This document shows positions 1 through 9,014 of a stretch of DNA of 64,000 nucleotides, in pieces (position 1 is the stretch's first letter; every line of letters begins with the position of its first letter). Source of the stretch: Chloroflexota bacterium (GTDB lineage Bacteria; Chloroflexota; UBA11872); the NCBI GenBank assembly GCA_026707585.1, contig JAPOWQ010000049.1:25845-89844 (forward strand), written 5' to 3'. The notes under the pieces are model-generated. The model worked only from the letters and a program-made list of their open reading frames with translations, did no database searches and was not told the DNA's origin. The position numbers and the translations under genes are program-made.

Positions 1-2292
1 CCTTCGTTCAGCGGCGCGGCGGCGTGCTGCCGAACCGCGGCGTGGGCGGTCAGCACTTCGGCTACCACCGCGCGTAGGGCACCCGTGCCCTTGCCGTGGA
101 TGATGCGCAGGGTCGCGGCGCCCTGACGCAGCGCATCGTCGACGCTGCGTTCCGTCATTTCAGCCGCTTCTTCGGCCCGCATCCCGCGAATATCGATCTC
201 CTGTGTCCCGCCGCCAGTGGCCACGCGGCGCGGACGGCGCTTCGGTCGGGGTGGCGCCTGGACCACGCGCTGAAGCCGAGCGCGGCCGAAGGTGGCGCGA
301 GCGCTGCCGATGGCGACCTCCACGGACTGATCCGTGATTCCCAGCACCACGGCGCGGCCGCTAAACCCATCGGCCTCCACTTCGTCGCCCACACGCACGT
401 CAAGTGGGCCAGGCTCGGCAGGTTCGTCTGGCGGCGGCGACCCAGGGGCCAGCCGTTTTTCCGCTGCGTCGAAGCTTCCACGCGCCGCACGCCGGGCGTC
501 GGGACGACCTGATCGGGCCGCGCGCCTGGCCGCCTGAAGAGCCTGGCGTGCGTCGCGTAGCAGTTCGCGGGCCTCACGCCGTGCGTCACGCAGCAGTGTG
601 TCGCGGTCGCGCTCCAGTTCGTCGATCTGGTCGTCAAGCTCGCGGCGCGATTGTTCGGCGGCGTTGCGCGCCTGCGCGCTGGCCGTGCGTTCGCGCTCCG
701 CGGCCGCTCGTTCGCTTTGCGCGTCGAGGATGGCGCGTTCCAGGTCCAGCGCCCCCTTCGACATTCGCGCGCGAGCGTCGTCGACAATCGTGGCCTCAAG
801 CCCGAGCCGGTCCGCGATATCCAGGGCATTGCTGGATCCCGGAATCCCCAGGCGCAGGCGGTAGGTCGGGCGCAGGGTGGCGTGGTCGAACTCCACGCTG
901 GCGTTCCGGGTCGCCGGATGCGATGCGGCAAATGCCTTGAGCGCCGGGTGATGGGTGGTGGCCACCACGGTTGCGCCTCGCTCCAGCAGCTCGGCAATGA
1001 CCGCCTGGCCCAGGGCGGCGCCTTCGTCCGGGTCGGTGCCCGCGCCGATCTCGTCCGCCAGCGCCAGCGCGCCGGGCCCGGCCGCCTCGACCATGGCTCG
1101 CAGGTTGCGTACGTGCGAGGCAAACGTGCTGAGGCTGTGTTCGATGCTCTGCGCATCCCCGATGTCGGCCACGACACGCTCGAACACGGCCACCCGCGAT
1201 CCCGCTTTGGCGGGGACATGCAGTCCGCAAGCCGCCATCAGGTGCAGCAGGCCTACCGTCTTGAGGGCGACGGTCTTGCCGCCCGTATTGGCGCCCGTGA
1301 TCACCAGCGCCCGGGCCTGCGCGCCGTCCAGATGCACGTTGATGGGCACGGGCTTATCCAGCAGGGGATGCCGCGCGGCTTGCAGGTCGAACGAGGTGTC
1401 GTCGCTTACCGCGGGCGCCACCGCCTTGGTGGCCGTCGCGTAGCGCGCCACCGCCAGGGTCCGATCCAGGTCCGCCAGCGCCTGCACGGCGGCGTTGAGG
1501 GCCAGTCGCTCCGCGCCCACCGCCGCGGAGAGTTCCAGCAGGATGCGCTCGACTTCGCGTCGTTCGGCCACTTCCAGCGAGCGAATCTCGTTGCCCGCTT
1601 CGATAACCGCCAGGGGCTCCATGAAGACCGTGGCTCCGCTGGCCGATACGTCGTGCACCACGCCTGGAAAGTCCCGCTGCCGTTCGCGCCGAACGGGAAC
1701 CGTCAACCGGCCGCGGCGCTCCGTGACCAGGCGTTCCCGCAGGACGTCCGTGGAAACTTGCTGGATCATGCGTTCCAGCAGGCGCGTGAGGCGTCCGCGG
1801 GCGCGCGCCAGCATGCGTCGCAGACGCGTCAACTCCTCGGATGCCGAATCCCGAACCTCAGCGTCCTCATTGATCGCCGCCGCAATCCGACCCTCCAGGT
1901 CCGGCGGATCGCTGGCAGCCTCCACCAGCGACCACAGCGCGGGAACCTCGGCCGCCTGCCTGGCAACCGCAGCCACGGCCAGGCGCGTGGCTCGCAGGTG
2001 ATCGTGGACGTCCAGCAGGTCGGCGGGATCCAGGGATGCGCCCCGCGCGGCTCGTTCGGCCCGGTCGCGCACGTCGCGCGCGCCGCCCACCGTGAACGAT
2101 GGGCTGACGTCAAGAAACTGGCGGCCTTGCGCGGTGAGTTCCAGCCGGGCGCTCACGGTCGCGCGGTCAGCGACCGGACGCAGCGCCAGCACCTCGGCTC
2201 GCGCGGCCGAGAACGAGGCGAATCGGGCGACGCGCTCCAATATCGCTGGCAGTTCCAGCAAGTTGCGCGTCTGGGCGTCGGCGACGGTCATG
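1..2292 (-). CDS. mutS2: Endonuclease MutS2 (MutS domain + C-terminal Smr domain); 3' end runs off the window start
   Basis: Reverse-strand translation gives the Walker A motif 'LVITGANTGGKTVALKTVGL' and a C-terminal Smr motif '...IDIRGMRAEEA...IIHGKGTGALR'. ATG is at ~2292 (RC of 'cat') with an in-frame stop just upstream. The six-frame track misses it because no stop falls inside the window. Confidence 0.85.
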
Positions 2293-2459
2293 TGTGGGTC
2301 AGCGGCCGTCAGCTGATCAGTGGGTTCGGTCACAGCAGCAAACTTAGCCTTACGTCGCCAATCCGCAACGTAAGGGCGCGTCGCCAGGATGCGAGCCTGG
2401 TCAATTCAGAGGGCGAAACTCGTGCGAGAGGCCCCTGCCGTCGAAGCGAGGGTGCGCGT

Positions 2460-2765
2460 CTAGTCGTACAGGCGAAACGGCGGATACCGGTCGGTCACGC
2501 TCAAGAAGTAGGCGTTCACCCGTAGATTCCAGCGAAGGACTCCAACCTGGAAGTCATAAAGGCCGCGCGGGTAGTAGCCAACGATCAGGATTGCAATCCA
2601 GCCAATCAGCGTCGCGAAATAGGCGACAAATCCAAGAACCATCAACACCAGAATGTGCGGAAGTATCAGCAGGATCTTGAAGACGGTGAGCAACCCCGCC
2701 AGCGCCAGCAGGCGCGAGCTTTGCTCGGGGTATTCCGCACTAATATCAACCGGGTAGTCATCCAT
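2460..2765 (-). CDS. DUF4389-like small membrane protein
   Basis: 101 aa with two hydrophobic helices ('LLILPHILVLMVLGFVAYFATLIGWIAILIVGYYPRGLYDF'), typical of the DUF4389 family. Confidence 0.55.
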   Translation of the reverse strand: MDDYPVDISAEYPEQSSRLLALAGLLTVFKILLILPHILVLMVLGFVAYFATLIGWIAILIVGYYPRGLYDFQVGVLRWNLRVNAYFLSVTDRYPPFRLYD

Positions 2766-2919
2766 CGTCGCACCTCAACTCCGAGCCCGCGTCCACACCG
2801 ACCGGCGAGTCTACAGAGCCGGAATTCTTGAAGTGATTGTCCGGCGATGCGGTCTGAACAGTGGTGGGACGGATGAGTCGGCCAGCCTCGATTGCTGAGC
2901 GAACGGGAAGCGCCGCCGC

Positions 2920-3594
2920 TTAGTTTCGCCGCGCGTCCAGTTTCTCTTGCAGCCGGCGCAGCGCCTGTTCGATCCGCAGGTCCAGCAGCTCGCGCTCCAG
3001 GGCCAGCAGGTCGGCCAGCGAATCGGCCTCCAGCAGGCGCTGGGCGCTGCCGGGACCGGTCGGAACGCCGGCCGCGATGAGATGGGCCAGTTGCAGTGGA
3101 TCCGCCGGCAGTTCGAATTCCGGCATGTAGCCCGCCTGGATTTCGATCATCAGCGTCACCAGGCGCTCGAACCGCTCGCGGACATCCTCGGCGCCCTGCA
3201 AGGTTGACACCGTGGCGTCGGTCTGCATGGGCGCCAGTTCCACCTCGCCGACCACGTGGGGTTCCTCGGCCACGATGCGCTCGATTCGGAACCGCGTTTC
3301 GCCAACGGCCAGCAAATTGAAGCGCCCGTCCGGCAGGTATTCCACCTTCTCGACACGCGCTGTCGTCCCGATCTTGTACGGAATGGCGGCGGGGCCGACC
3401 TCTTCGCCCTCGGCGATCAGGACTACGCCGAAGACGCCCTCGGTCTCGATGCAGCGCCCCAGCATCGCCCGGTAGCGCGGCTCGAAGATGTGCAGGGGCA
3501 GGCGCATGCCGGGGAATAGGACGGTATTGAGCGGAAACAGGTCCAGCCGCATGGCGCAGTTTAGGCGGTGGGGAACGGCCGTAGTGTTTGCCAC
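2920..3594 (-). CDS. LON N-terminal (substrate-binding) domain protein
   Basis: 'MRLDLFPLNTVLFPGMRLPLHIFEPRYRAMLGRCIE...' matches the Lon N-terminal domain. The true start is probably the internal Met (~3552). Confidence 0.6.
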   Translation of the reverse strand: MANTTAVPHRLNCAMRLDLFPLNTVLFPGMRLPLHIFEPRYRAMLGRCIETEGVFGVVLIAEGEEVGPAAIPYKIGTTARVEKVEYLPDGRFNLLAVGETRFRIERIVAEEPHVVGEVELAPMQTDATVSTLQGAEDVRERFERLVTLMIEIQAGYMPEFELPADPLQLAHLIAAGVPTGPGSAQRLLEADSLADLLALERELLDLRIEQALRRLQEKLDARRN

Positions 3595-3692
3595 ATAGCT
3601 CCAGCAGGCGTACTGCTAGAGTGAGTCGCCCAAACCACGAGAACCCATTGGACAGCCGCCCGAGGGCGCGAGCGGGGGGTGTCCGGGCCGAC

Positions 3693-4583
3693 ATGAGCGA
3701 CACCGCCATCCAGACCTGGGGCCTGACCAAGCACTACGGCGACGTCGAGGCCCTTTCCGACCTTGACCTCGAAGTCCGCTCGGGCGAGATCTTCGGCTAC
3801 CTCGGCCCCAACGGCGCCGGTAAGACCACCACCATCCGACTGCTTATGGGGTTGATGCGGCCGACGCGCGGACGCGCCGAAGTGCTGGGGATTGACGTCC
3901 ACCGCGACGGCCCCACCGCCCGCAATTCGATGAGCTTCCTGCCCAGCGACAGCAGCCTCTACACGTTTATGAAAGTGGGTCAGTACCTGGAGGCCTTCGG
4001 CGGCCTGACCAACGCGCCGCGCAAGCGGCGCGACGAGTTGACCGAACGGTTGGAGCTGGACACCTCCCGCAAGATCGGCGACCTCTCGATGGGCAACCGC
4101 CAGAAGGTGGTCGTCGTGCGGGCCCTGCAGGAAGACGTTCCGGTCTACGTCGTCGACGAGCCAACCCGCGGCCTCGACCCGCTGGTGCAGCAGGAGTTCG
4201 GCAAGATCATCAGCGAGCTGCGCGACGAGGGGCGCACGGTGCTGCTCTCCACCCACGTGCTCTCCGAGGCCGAAGCGCTCTGCGACCGCGTCGGCATCCT
4301 GCGCCTGGGGCGGCTGGTTCAGGTGGATACCGTCGCCGATCTCAGCGTCGCTCGCATGCGGCGCGTCACCGTCACGTTTGACGGGGAGGCGCCCGCGGAC
4401 CTGACCATTCCGGGCGTTAGCGACATCAGCGTTGAAGACGGTACGGCGCGCTTTGAAGTCAGCGGCTCGATCGATCCGGTCATCAAGGCGCTGGCGCGGT
4501 ACACGGTGGTCGACCTGGAGACCGACGAGCCCAGCTTCGAGGAATCGTTCCTGCAGCACTACGAAAGCGAGGGCGGCGCATGA
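3693..4583 (+). CDS. ABC transporter ATP-binding protein
   Basis: Walker A 'GPNGAGKTTT', ABC signature 'LSMGNRQKV' and Walker B 'VYVVDEPTRGLD'. Start moved to the internal ATG preceding 'MSDTAIQTWGLTKHYGDVEAL'. Confidence 0.85.
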   Translation: MSDTAIQTWGLTKHYGDVEALSDLDLEVRSGEIFGYLGPNGAGKTTTIRLLMGLMRPTRGRAEVLGIDVHRDGPTARNSMSFLPSDSSLYTFMKVGQYLEAFGGLTNAPRKRRDELTERLELDTSRKIGDLSMGNRQKVVVVRALQEDVPVYVVDEPTRGLDPLVQQEFGKIISELRDEGRTVLLSTHVLSEAEALCDRVGILRLGRLVQVDTVADLSVARMRRVTVTFDGEAPADLTIPGVSDISVEDGTARFEVSGSIDPVIKALARYTVVDLETDEPSFEESFLQHYESEGGA

Positions 4584-5389
4584 GCCTCAGCGTCATCCGC
4601 CTGACCCTGCGCACGCGTCGGTTGGCGATCTTCTGGTTTGATTTCGGGATCCTGGCCCTCGGTTTGCTCATCATGGGCCTGTGGCCGTTGTTCGCCGAGA
4701 ATTGGGACGACCTCACCCAGGCCATGGGCGGGAGCGAGGTCTTTGGCGGGACCCAGGTTGAGGGGGCCTCGGCCCAGCAGAACACGTTCTACAGCTATTT
4801 CAGTTCGCAATACACCAGCACGCTCATGCTGGTGCTGGCCTATTTCGGTGTCTGGTTCGGGGCCGGGCTGATCACACGCGACTTTGGAACCGGCACGCTG
4901 GACGTGTTGCTGGCCGCGCCGATGAGCCGCACGCGCTTCCTGCTGTCGCGCATTGCCGCCCTGCTGGTCCTCACCACCGTGGTCATTGCCGCGTCATATG
5001 TCGCAATCCTGGTCGGCGCGGCCATCTGGGCCAGGGAGGTCGACCTGGGCGCGCTCGAATTGCTGGTGGTCCACCTGCAGATGCTGGTCTTTACGCTGGC
5101 CGTGGCCGGCGGCGGACTGCTGCTGGCGACGGTGATCCTGCAGCCTGGCCGAACCTACGGCCTGGCCGCCGGCATCATCGTGATCATGTTCGTGCTGCTG
5201 ATCGTGGCGGACATCGCGTCCAACCTGGAGTGGCTGGAGAAGATCAGCATCTTTGGCTACTGGAACCCGGTGGACCAGCTGGGCCCCGGTGACTTCATCT
5301 GGCGAGACACCCTGGTGTTGGGCGTTACCGCACTGGTTACGGCGGCCATCTCGCTCATCATCTTCCGGCGTCGCGATATCGTCGCCTGA
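4580..5389 (+). CDS. ABC-2 family transporter permease
   Basis: Polytopic membrane protein with a 4-nt ATGA overlap onto the upstream ATPase stop, giving a two-gene exporter operon. Confidence 0.7.
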   Translation: MSLSVIRLTLRTRRLAIFWFDFGILALGLLIMGLWPLFAENWDDLTQAMGGSEVFGGTQVEGASAQQNTFYSYFSSQYTSTLMLVLAYFGVWFGAGLITRDFGTGTLDVLLAAPMSRTRFLLSRIAALLVLTTVVIAASYVAILVGAAIWAREVDLGALELLVVHLQMLVFTLAVAGGGLLLATVILQPGRTYGLAAGIIVIMFVLLIVADIASNLEWLEKISIFGYWNPVDQLGPGDFIWRDTLVLGVTALVTAAISLIIFRRRDIVA

Positions 5390-5467
5390 GGTCAGGCTGC
5401 CGCGAACGCGCGGCATTGCGATACTCAGGGTTGCGTCACTCGTCCAAATACTCACGAAAGTCCTGCT

Positions 5468-5974
5468 GTGCCCCGTGCCGAGGGCTCCGAAACGCTCGGG
5501 CTCGGAGATCCCGCGCCCCGCTTCACCTTGCCGCTGGCTTCGGATCCCGAACAGCTCTGCGACATTCCGGCCCGCCGCCAGTGGCAACTGCTGATCTTCC
5601 TTCGCCATACCTGGTGACCGAACTGCCGGAGATATCTGGCGCAGCTCGCGGGCGAGCTGGAGGAGTGGGAACGGCGCAAGGTCGCCATCACGGGCGTCTA
5701 CGGCCAGGGGCCGGAGGGGGTGCGGCGCTTCGCCAAGGGCCTCTCGCTGCCGTTCCCGCTGCTGGCGGATGCCGACCGCGCCGCCATCCGCCGCTATGGC
5801 GTCTACGTCCGCGTCAACTTCGAATCCTGGAACATCGCCCGCCCCAGCGTCTTCCTGGTCGATCCCATGGGCCGCATCCGCTTCATCAGCGTCGGCTCCC
5901 ATCAGCGCGACTGGCCTGACTCCGCCAACCTGTTCGCGGTCATCGACAACGCCCAACCTCATATGCCGCCATAG
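5468..5974 (+). CDS. Thioredoxin-fold redoxin (AhpC/TSA/TlpA-like) with an in-frame TGA at the active site; candidate selenoprotein (W-U-P-N-C)
   Basis: The same frame upstream of ORF 5720..5974 reads '...LGLGDPAPRFTLPLASDPEQLCDIPARRQWQLLIFLRHTW-TGA-PNCRRYLAQLAGELEEWERRKVAITGVYGQ...LPFPLLADADRAAIRRYGVYV...PSVFLVDPMGRIRF'. The TGA (5615-5617) replaces the first Cys of WCxxC. The only in-frame start after the upstream stop (5387-5389) is GTG 5468. Confidence 0.65.
5615..5617 (+). other. In-frame UGA, putative selenocysteine codon
   Basis: It sits at the first redox-active position (UxxC) of the redoxin motif. Homology continues uninterrupted on both sides in the same frame. Confidence 0.6.
5624..5664 (+). 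promoter_or_regulatory. Candidate bacterial SECIS element (two hairpins just 3' of the UGA)
   Basis: The first hairpin is 'ugccgga-gaua-ucuggcg', ~7 bp including G.U pairs, starting 7 nt after the UGA. The second is 'cagcucg-cggg-cgagcug', 7 bp with a G-rich apical loop ~25-45 nt after the UGA. Confidence 0.4.
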
Positions 5975-6081
5975 GCCCGGAGCACGGCTGGCCGCTCGGG
6001 GAATGTGAGACTTGCGCGCCTGGCGCCGGACGTTGGCCGCTCCAGGTCAGGGCGGTCGGCCGCTAAGGCGCGCGCTGCCTG

Positions 6082-6522
6082 CTAGGCGCTATCGACTGCG
6101 CCCAGGCCGCCCCGCACGTGCTCGCTCGTAATCTCGCGTCCGGTCAGGCTGAATGATTGACCGCAACCGCAGACGGACTGGGCTCGCGGATTGAGCACCT
6201 TGAAGCCGCCGTCCATCAGGGAGTCGCTGTACTCCAGCGTCGAACCGCGCAGGAGGTCGGCGCTCTCCTGGTCGACGACCACCGTGACCCCATGGGCCGG
6301 AATGCTCTGATCGCCATCGCGCGGTCCAGGCTCGATGCCCATGGCGTAGCGAAAGTCGCCGCAGCCGGAGTCCACGATCACGCGCACCCGCAGCACGGCG
6401 TCGGGCCGGTTGCGCTTGGTCCGCATCCGGTCAAACTCGGCGGCGGCCGACGGTTGAACCCTGAGGATGGGCGCCTCGGCCAGCGGGAGACCCATCAACT
6501 CAAGCATGTCGCCTGTAGCCAC
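6082..6522 (-). CDS. Fe-S cluster A-type carrier protein (HesB/IscA/SufA/ErpA family)
   Basis: The C-terminus carries 'CGCGQSF' and an upstream conserved Cys ('VIVDSGCGDFRY'). Confidence 0.8.
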   Translation of the reverse strand: MATGDMLELMGLPLAEAPILRVQPSAAAEFDRMRTKRNRPDAVLRVRVIVDSGCGDFRYAMGIEPGPRDGDQSIPAHGVTVVVDQESADLLRGSTLEYSDSLMDGGFKVLNPRAQSVCGCGQSFSLTGREITSEHVRGGLGAVDSA

Positions 6523-6633
6523 GTCGGCGTTCCTTAGCTTCGAGACGCGTCGCGGGCATTCCCACGCGACACCCTGAGCCTACGCAACCCGGCGAGGGCT
6601 CGCCACATGTTTAGTCGAGTGTGGTGCGCAGAG

Positions 6634-6876
6634 CTAAGGCTGTGCGGATAGGCCGTCGACTCGCGCGTTAAGGCCATCGACACGAGCATTGAGGGCATCA
6701 ATCCGCGCGGCAAGCTCGCCGTGCTGGCGGCTGTTCTCCTCTCGAAACTGGCGCACGTCGCTGCGGAGTTCGCTATGGAGCCGCGGACTCAGCCCGACAA
6801 TCAGCCCGCCGAGCCCTAACAGGCCAACGAGCAGCGTCACGCCAACGCTAAGGATGCCTATCAATTCGGGCGACAC
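6634..6876 (-). CDS. Small membrane protein with a C-terminal repeated coiled-coil segment
   Basis: N-terminal TM helix 'LIGILSVGVTLLVGLLGLGGLIVGL'. The C-terminus carries the tandem repeat 'ARIDALNARVDGLNARVDGL'. Confidence 0.4.
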   Translation of the reverse strand: MSPELIGILSVGVTLLVGLLGLGGLIVGLSPRLHSELRSDVRQFREENSRQHGELAARIDALNARVDGLNARVDGLSAQP

Positions 6877-6958
6877 GATTACTCCTGTCCGCCCGAGAGA
6901 AGTTTCCAGCTTCTACGACCTGAAGTCGTGGTAGGCACATGGTGGTGGTCAAATCGGG

Positions 6959-8131
6959 CTAGTGCGCCGCGGCCGATATACGTGCCCGGCGCAATCGCGG
7001 TACTAACGCGTGCAACACCTCCAGCGTCCGCTCAACCTCCGCTTCGGTGTTCCCGCGTCCGGTCGTCAGTCGCAGGCTGCCTGCGGCCAGATCCGGTTTG
7101 ATGCCCAGAGCCAGCAGAACGTGCGAAGGCTCGAGTGAGGCCGATGTGCAGGCCGATCCACTGGACGCCGCGATTCCGGCAGCGTCGAGCCCCATCAGCA
7201 GCGATTCGCTGTCCACGCCCGCGAAGCAGACGTTGACGTTGTTCGGCAGCCGCTGGCGGTGGGGCCCGTTCAGGCGGCTTTCGGGAATGGCTGCGATTCC
7301 CTCGATCAGCCGGTCGCGCAGCCGCGCGTCGTGCGCCGCCGAGGTCGGGCGCTCGGCCTCGGCACGTCCCAGCGCAACGCTCAGTCCTACCGCAAAGGCC
7401 ACGTTCTCGGTTCCGGCGCGCCGATTCCGCTCCTGCGATCCCCCGACGATCTGCGGGCTCAGCCGCGCGCCGCGCCGCACGAACAGCGCGCCGACGCCCT
7501 TTGGCCCGTAAAACTTGTGCGCCGCGATGCTGAGCAGGTCCACGCCCAGTGCCGGAACGTCGATGAGCAAGTGGCCCGGGGCCTGCACGGCGTCGGTATG
7601 AACCAGCGCGGGGTGGTGGCGCAGCGCCGCCGCGATTTCGGCAACCGGCTGGATGGCCCCAATTTCGTTGTTGGCGTACATCACGCTTACCAGAGCGGTG
7701 TCTGGGCGAACGGCCGCCACCACCGCGTCGGGATCAACCAGTCCCACAGCGTCCACGGGAATCACCGTGACCTCGAACCCGTGGCGCTGCGCCAGCAGCT
7801 GCACGGTGTGCAGGACCGCGTGATGCTCCACGGCCGTGGTCACCAGGTGACGCCGCCCTTCCCGGGCCGCCGCGAATGCCGTGCCTCGAATCGCCAGGGC
7901 CGCGCCTTCGCTGCCGCCGCTCGTGAACACAAGCTCGCCCGGATCGGCCAGGAGGACGTCGGCTACCTGGGCCCGTGCGCCGTCCAGCGCGTCCCGCGCC
8001 GCCCGGCCCTCCGCATACAGCGAGCTCGGGTTACCCGGCAGGTCCTCCAGCGTCGTCACAATCGCATCGCGCACCACCGGGTCCAGCGGCGTGGTCGCCG
8101 CGTGATCCAGATAGATGCGGGATGCCGCCAT
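6959..8131 (-). CDS. iscS: Cysteine desulfurase, group I (IscS/NifS type)
   Basis: 'YLDHAATTP', a PLP-lysine region 'SIAAHKFYGPKGVGALF' and the group-I active-site loop 'SSGSACTS'. Confidence 0.85.
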   Translation of the reverse strand: MAASRIYLDHAATTPLDPVVRDAIVTTLEDLPGNPSSLYAEGRAARDALDGARAQVADVLLADPGELVFTSGGSEGAALAIRGTAFAAAREGRRHLVTTAVEHHAVLHTVQLLAQRHGFEVTVIPVDAVGLVDPDAVVAAVRPDTALVSVMYANNEIGAIQPVAEIAAALRHHPALVHTDAVQAPGHLLIDVPALGVDLLSIAAHKFYGPKGVGALFVRRGARLSPQIVGGSQERNRRAGTENVAFAVGLSVALGRAEAERPTSAAHDARLRDRLIEGIAAIPESRLNGPHRQRLPNNVNVCFAGVDSESLLMGLDAAGIAASSGSACTSASLEPSHVLLALGIKPDLAAGSLRLTTGRGNTEAEVERTLEVLHALVPRLRRARISAAAH

Positions 8132-8161
8132 GGACGTCGAGACGATTCCCTCGCGCCGCGT

Positions 8162-8818
8162 TCAGGTCGTGATGGGTGAGGCCTGCGGCAGCGCGGACTG
8201 TTCCTGGATTGCGTATGTGCAAGCGCAGCCCTCGCGCGGACCCACTTCCAGCGGAGTGACCTCAGCCTCAACGAGCCGTCGAATCAAGCGCAATTCGGAG
8301 TCGCAGCCGGCTCGGCAGGTGGCGGCCACGTCCCAGATCGGACAGTGATGCGCCGATAGCACGTATCCCGTTTCGGTTCGGTCGACACGCGGCATGAAGC
8401 CGCACTCGTCCATGATGCGCCTGAGCTCTTGGACGCGGGCGTGAAAATCCAAGCCCGCCAGGCGCGGCGCAAACCGGTGGTATTGCTTGTCCTCGTGGTG
8501 AGTCAGGATTCGCTTCAGGAGATCGTGCCCGCCGAACGCCAGCACGGCCTCCACGAAGTCTTTCGCAAACTCGCCGTAGCCCTGGGGAAACCTCGCGTGC
8601 CCGGCACTGGTCAGCTCATATTGGTGCCGTGGTCGCCCCGGTCCGCCGCGCACCGCCTGCACGCGCACCAGTCCCTCGGCCACCAGCCGGTCGAGGTGGG
8701 GTCGGACGGCCGACAGGCTGCTGCCAATAACTTCGGCAATCGCCCGAACCTGAAGCGCCCCTTGCATTTTCAGGGCGTGCAGGATCTGTTCGCGGGGATT
8801 CGCGGATTGCTCGGACAT
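8162..8818 (-). CDS. SufR/DeoR-like winged-helix transcriptional regulator with a Cys-rich C-terminal sensor domain
   Basis: N-terminal HTH ('REQILHALKMQGALQVRAIAEVIGSSLSAVRPHLDRLVAEGLV') and a C-terminal cluster of Cys ('HHCPIWDVAATCRAGC...REGCAC'). It lies directly upstream of iscS and the A-type carrier. Confidence 0.65.
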   Translation of the reverse strand: MSEQSANPREQILHALKMQGALQVRAIAEVIGSSLSAVRPHLDRLVAEGLVRVQAVRGGPGRPRHQYELTSAGHARFPQGYGEFAKDFVEAVLAFGGHDLLKRILTHHEDKQYHRFAPRLAGLDFHARVQELRRIMDECGFMPRVDRTETGYVLSAHHCPIWDVAATCRAGCDSELRLIRRLVEAEVTPLEVGPREGCACTYAIQEQSALPQASPITT

Positions 8819-9014
8819 GCGCCGCCAGCGCCGGGTCGTTGATCGAACCTACCACCGCGGGACAGCCCCTACCAACTGACTTCAGGACGTCCCGGGCCGA
8901 TTTCAGGCCGTTTAAACGATTTAGACGGAATTATCTGGAAAAACGTGTATACTCACGGCATCGGATGACAGGCGACCGCCGTTGATCGTTGCCGCACCCT
9001 CCGATGAGGCATGA
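8819..9014. promoter_or_regulatory. Divergent promoter region (lower GC) between the Fe-S regulator operon and the sigma factor gene
   Basis: AT-richer tract 'ttaaacgatttagacggaattatctggaaaaacgtgtatactcacgg' with a -10-like 'tatact' and -35-like 'ttagac/ttaaac'. A 'ttcagg' motif appears twice around a 'gacgtc' palindrome. Confidence 0.3.

Noticed and set aside
651-2525. Longest ORF in the first 2.5 kb (624 aa, + strand)
   Set aside because: It is antisense to a clear MutS2 gene whose Walker A and Smr motifs read on the minus strand. The plus-strand product is Arg/Gly/Ala-rich low-complexity, typical of high-GC frame artefacts.
5615-5617. Interpreting the TGA simply as a nonsense mutation or pseudogene
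   Set aside because: Not excluded, but disfavoured. The stop lands precisely on the catalytic Cys column, the rest of the gene (start, both halves) is intact and in frame, and hairpins follow. Kept as the refutation condition.
5253-5919. ORFs 5253..5594 and 5416..5919 overlapping the redoxin region
   Set aside because: Their translations are Pro/Arg/Ser-rich with no family resemblance. The third frame gives continuous AhpC/TSA-family homology across the TGA, so these are alternative-frame artefacts.
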